From an uncultured Verrucomicrobiota bacterium (lineage in GTDB: Bacteria; Verrucomicrobiota; Kiritimatiellia; RFP12; UBA1067): a stretch of DNA of 26,628 nt. The number at the start of each line of letters is the position of its first letter. Within the stretch, counting starts at the first letter, position 1. Shown one piece after another: positions 15,079 to 23,700 of this stretch. The position numbers were made by a program, and so were the translations under genes. The notes under the pieces are model-generated. The model did not search any database. It was not told where the DNA came from and was given only the letters and a program-made list of their open reading frames with translations. The stretch covers positions 1 to 26,628 of the forward strand of contig CALYTX010000001.1 in assembly GCA_945487985.1 (NCBI GenBank). The letters run 5' to 3'.

Positions 15079-18000
15079 TCATCGAACGATGACCGACAAT
15101 CCGGCCGTCGCGGACATCGAGGCCCACGGCGTATTACCGTAGTAGCCGTAATTGAGCCGACCGCCGTTCGGCTTCGGTTCGCGGAGCGTGCCGTCCTTCA
15201 CCTTCGCACCGGCGTCGATGGCCGGCGAGACGACGCGCGGAACGCGCACCAGCTCCCCCGTTACCTCGTCGAAGTAACCGGTCTTGCTCTGAAGGTGGAC
15301 ATTAATCTCCGTCGATTCAAGCGCAAAGGTCGGCGACTGGCCCTTGATCTCAATCGCACACTCTGGCGTCATCAATAGCGGATCGCCCGTCCTGATATTC
15401 GCCCCGAACTTGATACGACCTGCGTTCGCACCGTCGGCGCAATGCGCCGCATCGACAGCATCGAAGAAGCAGTCGTCGACATCGATGCCGGTCGCCGCAC
15501 TCTCGCTCGACGCGGTCGAGACGTACAAGTCATGTCCAGTATACGGGCCCGACCACGAGGTGAAAGTGCCGGCCGGCGCGTCATTGGCCCGATTGCCGTG
15601 GAAGATCGAATTGCGGATTGTCACCTTGCCCTTGTAGACGCATACCGCGCTGCCACTGCCGAGATAGCCGGCGTTGTACGCCCAGGTACAGTTCTCGAAG
15701 TTGCATGTTTGCGCATCATCATTCAGGATCACCAGACAGCCGATCGGCGCACCATTGTCATTTACACCATAACCCTCGTTCGCCACGAAGGCGCAGTTGC
15801 GGATGACGCTGCCGCCAGAATTGCCGGTCAGGGCCAGCATTCCGCCCGTGTAGATCGGCCCAGAATCGCGATGCGAAAGCACTCGATTGCCCACCAAGGT
15901 GCAGCCCGTCATCGTAAGCGGCGCATTGTCGCAGCGCACCACCCCGCCTCGCGTTCCAGTGCGCCCAGCGACGTTGTTGTTCCCCTTCGGCGGACCATTC
16001 TTCACGAACCGGCAACCGGTCACGGTCACCGTCTTGAAGTTCTTCGCCGAGAGTGCCATGCCGGAATGATCGCGGCTCGACTCGCTCCATGAGAAATTAC
16101 CGGTGAAGTAGCAATCCTGCACCGTCAGCGCGGACGATGATGCCGAACCCTCGCTCTGTAGGCCCATGCCCCAGCAACTGTTCGACAAGCCGTTTCCTAT
16201 AAACGAGCAATGCTCTACCCGGAGGTCGCCTTTTCCCGATTTCATGACGGCCGGTCCGGGGCAGTTTGTAATCAGCAAATGACGCAAAACCGACTCGCCC
16301 GTTGTCGCCGCGAGGTGAAAGGCTTGATAACGGCCCTGTCCGTTGATCTCCGAGATATTCGTCCCCGTACGCTCGTCCAGCGACTGCTCATTGCCAGCGA
16401 ATCCGCCGATGATTGTCACCGGTTGCTCGAAGACGGCAGGCCCTGCCGTCATCTGCAAGTCTCCTGCCACGCAAATCGTGCGACGACCCTCCGCCACGAA
16501 CTCGCTCGCCATCACCAGATTAGTGCACGCATTCATCCAATCCGAACCGTCGCTGCAGCCCTTCGCGCTCGACCAGACATGAATCACGTCCGCGCCGCAA
16601 CTACAGCCGAAGCCTGGCGGTTCGTTGCCAGAGACGGACACCGACTCGATCGGCGTGGCGGCTGTGCCCAACGCGCAAACGGCGACCCAACGGTAGTAGT
16701 ACTTTGTCCCCGTCGCCACGAATTCAAGCGGTTCCATCTCGATTGTGTCGCCAACCGTCTTCAAGATGCCGACCCGGCGGCTATGCTCCCAACCGGCAAA
16801 CTCCTCCTCGCTTGACGGCGCGAGGCCATAGCAGAAATACACCTCGGCGAGGGTCGATGTCCCCTCCTCCGTTGCCGTCAGTGTCGCCGAAAAAAGCGGC
16901 TTGGTGAAATTGTTGCTCTGGTCGATTGCCTTGTTCGCCAATTGCGGCATTGAACCGGCATAGACCACTTCTCCCGTCTTTTCATCGCGGCCATTGGCGT
17001 TCTCGGCACACACCAGCCAGTAGAGCCTCGTGCCCGTTGTATGGTATTCGTTCACCGTCGACTCAAGGACATCGCCGCTATCCGTCCCCCAAAAAGGCAC
17101 AACATGATCCCAACCCTCAAGCCCCGCGCCAGCCGTCATGCCATAGCAGAGATAAGTAGTCGCCGAATAACCGGCGTCGCCGCCCATCGTGATCGAGAAA
17201 CGGCCGCGATACGACGCGTCGGGTTGGACGAAGGCAACCTCGGACAAGACTGGCTTCAGCAAACTCGGCGCAGACGCCTCGTCCGTATTGCCATAATAGC
17301 CGAGGTCGATCGCCCTCGACGGTGACGGCTCATTCGCGGCGTCCGCAGCTGGATCGCCCGCGTCGATGGCCGGCGACTGGTCCGCGTCCTTCACCCATTC
17401 CGTGCCGTTCCAGCGCGCTTGCGTGCTCATCAAATGGAAGTCGAGCGCCGCGAAATCCGCGTCACCCTTCACGCAGCAGGAATTAGCACCGCTCTTGCCC
17501 TTGTAATAATCCGACTTGAAGGTCTCCCGCGTGGTCACGAAGCGCGGATCGGCCGAGAAAACGCTCGCGGCGAGATTCAATGTGCCGGCCGTCGCCGCGC
17601 AGGTTGTCTTAGCGTCCGTCACCAGCGAATAGGCGACATTGATCTGCGCATTCGCGCCCCAGGCAAGCAAATCGGCCGCAACCCCGTATTTCCCGACCTC
17701 ATTACCGAAGATAATCGAGTTCGCAATATTGACCGTGCCGGAACTCACGGAGATGCCCGCGCACTTGCCAGTTCCGGTCACATTATAGGCGATGGTGCAA
17801 TTCTCGACCGCAACCGTCTGCGTCGCGCCGCCTAAATCGACCGCCAGCGCCGCACCGCGCAAATTGAGAGTGTCACTGTAGCAGATTGTGCAGTTGGCCG
17901 CCATCAAACAGTTCTTGAAAGAGGAACCGTTGCAATTCCCATTAAGTTTGAACAGCGCGCCGCCTTGCCAGTCCCTATGAGCGCCGAAACGATTGCCAAT

Positions 18001-18747
18001 TAAACGGACATTCTTTGCATGAACGGGGGAGGCGTTGACATAGATGAGGGTTGGATTGTTCTCGCGTCCGGAACAATTGTCATCAAGATTCGTCTTGCAG
18101 CCACACTGCGCGATTAAGCAATCGTTCATGACGACTTCTTTGAAATTGTCAATTCGCAGCAGCCAGCCTGCCCACTCGGCCGGGTGCGCGCCTTCCGTCG
18201 GATCGCGCACGCGCTCAATCGTCACGTTGTCGAGCGTCAGCACCGAAGAGTCTGCCGCCCCTTTAACCCACAGGGCATGACCCAACTTAGTTTTGGTCGG
18301 AGTCATATCATAGATTGAGACCTGGCGAAGCGAGAGCGACGCATTGCCGCTTTGCTTGATGACTGCATGCTCGGTTGCGGCGGTGAAGGCGAGCCCCTCC
18401 AGCACCACCGCGCCCGTCGTCGCCGTGACCGTCAAGAGATCGGCGACACTGTTTCCGCCGTTCAGCACCGAACGCGCCTGCGGATTCCGCGTCTCGGCCG
18501 AGATCTCATCACCGGTAAAACCGCCGCGGACCGTAACGGGATTGGCCAGCGTGTATCCTTGCGTCAGCGAATATGCTCCCTCCTTAAGCCACGCTTCATC
18601 GTCAGCCTGCAGCGTTGAAAGAACCTCAATCGAAGCCGGATCGCTCCAAGAAGAACCAGAACCCGTTCCAGTAGGAGTTACATAATAAACACCAGCGCAC
18701 AGAGCCGTCGACAGCAAGCCGACAACCGCACACAACATTTCCCTCAT
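15079..18747 (-). CDS. large secreted protein with two right-handed beta-helix (pectin-lyase-like) modules and two Ig/FN3-like linkers
   Basis: Signal peptide MREMLCAVVGLLSTALCA; Asn/Cys-rich repeats (NCLMAANC, ENCTIAYN, NSIIFGN); two SPAIDAG...GYYGNT module ends; C-terminus GLSVIVR; GGGGGA RBS. Confidence 0.75.
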   Translation of the reverse strand: MREMLCAVVGLLSTALCAGVYYVTPTGTGSGSSWSDPASIEVLSTLQADDEAWLKEGAYSLTQGYTLANPVTVRGGFTGDEISAETRNPQARSVLNGGNSVADLLTVTATTGAVVLEGLAFTAATEHAVIKQSGNASLSLRQVSIYDMTPTKTKLGHALWVKGAADSSVLTLDNVTIERVRDPTEGAHPAEWAGWLLRIDNFKEVVMNDCLIAQCGCKTNLDDNCSGRENNPTLIYVNASPVHAKNVRLIGNRFGAHRDWQGGALFKLNGNCNGSSFKNCLMAANCTICYSDTLNLRGAALAVDLGGATQTVAVENCTIAYNVTGTGKCAGISVSSGTVNIANSIIFGNEVGKYGVAADLLAWGANAQINVAYSLVTDAKTTCAATAGTLNLAASVFSADPRFVTTRETFKSDYYKGKSGANSCCVKGDADFAALDFHLMSTQARWNGTEWVKDADQSPAIDAGDPAADAANEPSPSRAIDLGYYGNTDEASAPSLLKPVLSEVAFVQPDASYRGRFSITMGGDAGYSATTYLCYGMTAGAGLEGWDHVVPFWGTDSGDVLESTVNEYHTTGTRLYWLVCAENANGRDEKTGEVVYAGSMPQLANKAIDQSNNFTKPLFSATLTATEEGTSTLAEVYFCYGLAPSSEEEFAGWEHSRRVGILKTVGDTIEMEPLEFVATGTKYYYRWVAVCALGTAATPIESVSVSGNEPPGFGCSCGADVIHVWSSAKGCSDGSDWMNACTNLVMASEFVAEGRRTICVAGDLQMTAGPAVFEQPVTIIGGFAGNEQSLDERTGTNISEINGQGRYQAFHLAATTGESVLRHLLITNCPGPAVMKSGKGDLRVEHCSFIGNGLSNSCWGMGLQSEGSASSSALTVQDCYFTGNFSWSESSRDHSGMALSAKNFKTVTVTGCRFVKNGPPKGNNNVAGRTGTRGGVVRCDNAPLTMTGCTLVGNRVLSHRDSGPIYTGGMLALTGNSGGSVIRNCAFVANEGYGVNDNGAPIGCLVILNDDAQTCNFENCTWAYNAGYLGSGSAVCVYKGKVTIRNSIFHGNRANDAPAGTFTSWSGPYTGHDLYVSTASSESAATGIDVDDCFFDAVDAAHCADGANAGRIKFGANIRTGDPLLMTPECAIEIKGQSPTFALESTEINVHLQSKTGYFDEVTGELVRVPRVVSPAIDAGAKVKDGTLREPKPNGGRLNYGYYGNTPWASMSATAGLSVIVR

Positions 18748-18801
18748 AATCAATCCCCCATAAATCAAGATAGGCTAACAGACCACCCCTTAATAATGCA
18801 A

Positions 18802-18831
18802 ATTGTAGGAAAACTAATGCCAGTTTGTCAA
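18802..18831 (-). promoter_or_regulatory. sigma70-type promoter TTGACA-N18-TACAAT
   Basis: -35 at 18826-18831 and -10 at 18802-18807, upstream of the beta-helix gene. Confidence 0.6.
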
Positions 18832-18901
18832 ACCGGAAATTCTCTCTCCATTTTGCCTTTCTGCTCCGCGCGTTGAAATAAAGCACATTGTGCCGTAAGT
18901 T

Positions 18902-18974
18902 TTCCGTATGCTCCGTGTGTTCCGTGGTCTAAATAGGAGAGAAATTAACCACGGAAGACACTGAAGACACGGAA
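18902..18974. repeat. imperfect 27-bp inverted repeat built from three 9-bp units (cacggaaga-like)
   Basis: Arms 18902-18928 and 18948-18974 match at 22/27 positions as reverse complements; 19-nt spacer. Confidence 0.75.
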
Positions 18975-19027
18975 TGGAGATGGGGGCGGAGGAGAAAATG
19001 ATCTGAACATATAATAATCATGTCCGT

Positions 19028-19171
19028 TCATACTCCTGATGCGGCGGCAATCACGCTCTTCGCCGCGCGCATTGGTTTCTCGCGGCTGTCGCGGATCATG
19101 TCTCAGTCGTCGTTGCCGTACATGCACGCGTAGCCGCCCGTGTCTTCTCCCCGTCATTCGAGGAAAATGCC
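19028..19171 (-). pseudogene. possible decayed coding fragment with two in-frame TGA codons
   Basis: Reads GIFLE*RGEDTGGYACMYGNDD*DMIRDSREKPMRAAKSVIAAASGV*, which looks protein-like; no start codon. Confidence 0.25.
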
Positions 19172-19183
19172 TAATGCGCACTG

Positions 19184-19204
19184 CGCATAGCACCTCGCTA
19201 TGCG
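19184..19204. other. hairpin (8-bp stem CGCATAGC/GCTATGCG), possible terminator of the hydrolase operon
   Basis: Perfect stem about 75 nt past the 19278 stop; no U-tract. Confidence 0.3.
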
Positions 19205-19277
19205 AGCACTCTAACGGCTGGTTGATATAAGCGACTGATTAGACGATGACACCAGCAATGTTCGATTAGCCTCGTCC

Positions 19278-20726
19278 TTACCGACGCGTTCGGGTCTTGC
19301 CGGCACTCTTCTTCTTGGCACTTTTGCCCCCTGTGAAGATTACTGTGAGCAGCTGTTTCTTGCCGGTGATTACAAGTCCTGGAATCGTCACGAGACCATT
19401 GGCATCGGCCGTAACGGTTCCCTTCGCCGAACCGAAGGTCCAGCCGACGGACTGACCCGGCTTGATTTGCGCAGCTTGGATGCGGCGCAGCGAAACATCC
19501 ACCTTCACTTCAGCGGGGACCGAAACGCCGCCAAGCTCGTCGGCAGACGCGAGGAAGAGCTTCATCTTCAGCCCTTTCGCTACATCCGCGACATTCTCCC
19601 ACCGGAAGTAGCCGTTGACCTGTCCGACCAATTTGGCGCCGACCGCAATCTCCATCTTCGAATCGCCTTTGATGTCGCCATTCCAACCGCCCCAGGTGTT
19701 CACATTTGGCTTCCAGACGCTGAACGGCCAAGGCAATTTATCATCCGTGGAGGCATTGGTGAAGACGGGATAAGCCGCATTCTTGCGAATGGACGTCCAG
19801 TCGAAACGCTCGATCATCGGATTTTTCTCGCGTGCCACGGCAACATCTCCGCAATGGCCAAAATTGCCCCAAAGACCGAGGATTGCGTACTTGTGTTTGG
19901 CCATGTTCCGATAGAGGACATCGTGGTTGCGACTCCAGACATCGTCCGAGCCCGACCAGTCCACGACGAACGGGGGATCGGCGAATTTCGCCGAATCGAA
20001 AGCGGGATTGTCGTTGCCTTTGTCGTCGACGAAATCCATACGTGCGGCGGGGAACCAGATTGTGGCCGGCACGTTGGCGTTGACCGCGGCGAAAATCTCC
20101 CCGTGGGGAAGCCCGATGGCGAGCGCACCCTGTCCGCCCATCGAGTTGCCGCAGAGGTAGATACGGTTGCGGTCAATCTTGAAGGTGCGCACTACCCATT
20201 CGATCGTATCCAGCACGCGCCGCTCGCAAGATGTTTCCTCCTTACGCAGGCGCGGCAGATCGCTCTCTTTGGGCCCGCAGAACTTGGCGCAGCCGCCCCA
20301 CCAGAACTCGGGGTGCGTCCGGTTGGCGCCGACGTCAAAGTTCCGCATCGAATCGAGAGCGAGCACATAGAACTCGTCCTTGGCTTCGAAAACCGAACCC
20401 TTGATGTCCGCACACGCGACCTGAGACTGGATGCCACCCGTCGGCTTGCCGCCGCCGCGGCTGTGGAGCTGGACGAGCAGCGGCGCATGTTCCTGGTCGC
20501 CGGCAACGGGCTTGGCGACGGTGAATAAATCCGTATACGGAGCCTGCGCCTGCCAGGCGGGATCCGTGTCATGTGCATACCAGACGACGCTGCGACGGCC
20601 AACCGTCTGTGTCTTTGTCTCCTTGGGACAGATGCCGAGCTTCTTCCCCGACCAATCCTTCTCGGTCGGTGCTGCACAGACCGTCAAAACGCCAATCGCC
20701 AGCGAGGCGAACATCATAGTTTTCAT
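19278..20726 (-). CDS. secreted alpha/beta-hydrolase (esterase-like, possibly carbohydrate esterase)
   Basis: Signal peptide; APLLVQLHSRGGG; IDRNRIYLCGNSMGGQGA GxSxG elbow; candidate Asp (GSDD) and His (GHCG); Lys/Arg-rich tail. Confidence 0.8.
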   Translation of the reverse strand: MKTMMFASLAIGVLTVCAAPTEKDWSGKKLGICPKETKTQTVGRRSVVWYAHDTDPAWQAQAPYTDLFTVAKPVAGDQEHAPLLVQLHSRGGGKPTGGIQSQVACADIKGSVFEAKDEFYVLALDSMRNFDVGANRTHPEFWWGGCAKFCGPKESDLPRLRKEETSCERRVLDTIEWVVRTFKIDRNRIYLCGNSMGGQGALAIGLPHGEIFAAVNANVPATIWFPAARMDFVDDKGNDNPAFDSAKFADPPFVVDWSGSDDVWSRNHDVLYRNMAKHKYAILGLWGNFGHCGDVAVAREKNPMIERFDWTSIRKNAAYPVFTNASTDDKLPWPFSVWKPNVNTWGGWNGDIKGDSKMEIAVGAKLVGQVNGYFRWENVADVAKGLKMKLFLASADELGGVSVPAEVKVDVSLRRIQAAQIKPGQSVGWTFGSAKGTVTADANGLVTIPGLVITGKKQLLTVIFTGGKSAKKKSAGKTRTRR

Positions 20727-20739
20727 CAGTTCATTCTCC

Positions 20740-23700
20740 TTACCAGTATGTGTAGAGATACGGATCGAAAGTCGACTTGAGACCGTTGTAGAGCTTTACC
20801 TCACCGGCTGTGGGGCTTGCTCCGAGATTGGTCAGCAGACGCGCCGTAAATTGGCGTCCGCGTTCGAATGAGAGGTCGCCGTGCTTGAGGTCGCGCGCTC
20901 GGTTCTTTTCGGAAACAGGGTTCTTCTTGTTATTAACGAAATAGAACTCAGCGGTGGCGATCTTGTTCTCGAGGTAGTACGGATCATACTGCGAGACGAA
21001 GACCGTCCCGCCGCCCTTGAAGCGCATCGACGCGAAGATGCCCTCGCCGTCAATGCGGGTGCCGGACGGAGCCGAACCTTGCTGCAACACGGAATACTTC
21101 ATGCGCTCGCGCCAGCGGAGCTGGCTCTGGCCGATGCCTTGGAGATCACTGTTCTGGTGGTCGAATTTCACCCAGTAGACATCTGGTCCGCACGGCTTCA
21201 GAACAAATCCAAGCCCCTTCGCCACCGTGTCGTTGCAGAGAACGAGCACATTGGCGCCGCGGTTCGCGGCCGCTACGACTTGCGCGGCCGAAGTCTTGCC
21301 GTCGGGGCCAACCAGCAGGAGCTCGCCCGCGTCGGCCTGAGGCTTCACCACCGTCTTGACGCCGAGTTCCGCAGCGATTTTCTGCGCCGTCGTCCCGTCG
21401 GCGATCACCGCGCGCGCGGCCGGTTCGGCGCCTTTGCCGCAGAAGTCCGCGAAGACGGCGGCAGCCGTCTGCTCAATGGCGGGATCTGTGGCCGAGATAT
21501 CCGCCGCCCCTTCCGGAGCCGAGGTGTCGATGCGGCCAAGGAAGTCGAGCGTGCAGAAGAGAACCTCGCCCTTGCCGCGGCGGTAGCGTAGCAGCGCTGC
21601 GTAATTCATATCAAGCTCGCCCTCGACGACCGGCGTGTAGCCGACCACATCGGGCGACCTCAGCTGCAGCGCGGCAACGGCCATCTCGTACGTCCAGCGC
21701 GGCTCGTGCTTCTGGTGCTTGACGAGACTACCGTACTGCTGACGGTTGTAGGCGTTCTTCTGCTGGGTGCGAGGGGCGCCGTTCCATTCGCGCACGTAGT
21801 CGTCGTCGAGTTTCTTCCAAGCCGGACTCGTCCGGTCGCGGATGAAGAGAATGCGCGACATGCGGTCCTGCACATCAAAACCGAAGCCCTTCCAAGCATC
21901 GGCATTCTGCGGAAGGACGAGCACCTTGAGACCCTTTTCGACAGCCTCCATCGGCAGCGCCATGTAGCCGTCCTTGCCGAGGGCGAACGATCCGACCACG
22001 AGACGGGTGGCCGTGCCGAAGTCGGCGGGAGACGCTACCTTGCGGAGATTCACAAGACCAAGCTTCCTGAGCGCGGGCTCGGTCTGTCCGTCCGGATCGT
22101 AGAGGGCGAACTCAGGAGCCTTTTCCCATTTGACCGCTTTGCGCGGATAGACCTCGAACGCGCAAGTGTCGACGAACTCCTCCGCGCCATTCGCATTGCG
22201 GTAGACAACCTTGATTTCGCCGGCCGTCTTCTGCCGGACCTCGGGCGCGGCAAAGGCAATCTTGTCCGACACGGGGCGGTTGGATGTTAGCGCGCGCTTG
22301 AAGCGTCCGGAGGCGACCTTCTGTCCGCCAACGGTCGCCGTCCACTCCGCAACGAACGACCGGTTGTCGAAGCCGTCCCACATCATCACGTTGCGCTTGA
22401 CGATCTTCTCGCCGGGATAGTACGCGTGGCGGCGGTCGGTGATGCGCGGATAGCCGGCGATCCACCCTAAGAAGTCAAGGTTACCCTTGCGGTAGATGTC
22501 CCAACTCGGGAAGGCCCATTCGGGCTTACCCTTCGGAATATCCGCCTCGGACTTGAAGAAGCCGTAGTTCGGACCGTACTTGTTGTAGATCCCCTCGATC
22601 GTCCAGCCCGGCATGCCGTAACCGTAGTCGAGGTTGAACCATACGATGCCAGCGTTCACGCCGAAGGTGCGCCAGGCTCGCGTGGTGCGCCAGCAGAAGT
22701 CCTCTGTCAGCTTCCAGAAGAGCGGATGTTGCAAGCGGCGGATGTAAAGCGACTCGATGTGGCGTTCCTGAATCGTGCGCGGTTCAAGGCGGTAGGCCTC
22801 CTCACCGTAGTAGATGGCGCAGTATTCGGTGATAAGATCGCGCTCATCCTTGTACCAGCTGTACTGGTAGGGATGCCCGAACTCGCAGGCCTGGAACGGG
22901 AAGTGTCCACGCTCGGCCCAGCGGCTCGGCCAGGACTCTCGTTCCTGCAGCGGAATCCAGTTAAGGTAGAGGTTGGCCGACGCGATTTCGCCCGTGTTGC
23001 CGTCGGAGTGGGAGAAGTAGAGGATATTCGGATTCGTCTCCTTGGCGGCCGCGACGAGGTCGGTCATCATCTTGGCGAAGTCGCCGTTATCGCCGCTACC
23101 CAGGTGAACCGCCTCGTAGGCCCATTGCGGCAAGTAGGTGTTGACGCCCATATACACCATCGCGAGGCAAGGGTAGTTGCGGTATTTGCGGAGGTTCATC
23201 GCCTGCAGGCGCTTGAAGGCCTCGCGCTTCTCGCCTGGCTTGAGCAGCGGGTTCTTCGTATTCCAGTCAAATGCGGTCGTCGGCGCGACAATGGCGATGC
23301 CGTGCTCGGAAAAATATTGGAGATCCTCCTCGTTCAGCGTTGGATCGAGGCTCGTCTGGTGGGCGAACTGGATGCAGTTATAGCCGACGCCAGTCAGGAA
23401 CTTCGCGCCATAGCGGTTGCAACCAAAATTGTAGGTTACGCGGTACTTCTGCTCGTGTCCGTTCATGAAGATTTTGCGCTCGTCGCGCCAGATCTCGCGA
23501 AACCCGAACTTGACATCTTTGTAGGAAATCGTCTTGCCATTGATTTTCGCCTGGGTTTTGAGCGTATAGAGATAACCGCGACCGAGTTCCCATGTAATGG
23601 GGTTCTTCCAGTCGACGGACGGCTTGACTACGCTCGTTCCGGCCTTGAGGGAGAACTTGCCCGAGACTTCCTTCACCACCTTGCCGGCGGCGTCCAGCAC

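Noticed and set aside
19028-19171. TGA-to-Trp recoding (genetic code 4 or 25)
   Set aside because: tadC, the FHA gene, flp and tadE end in TGA with tight coupling to the next gene, so TGA is a stop.
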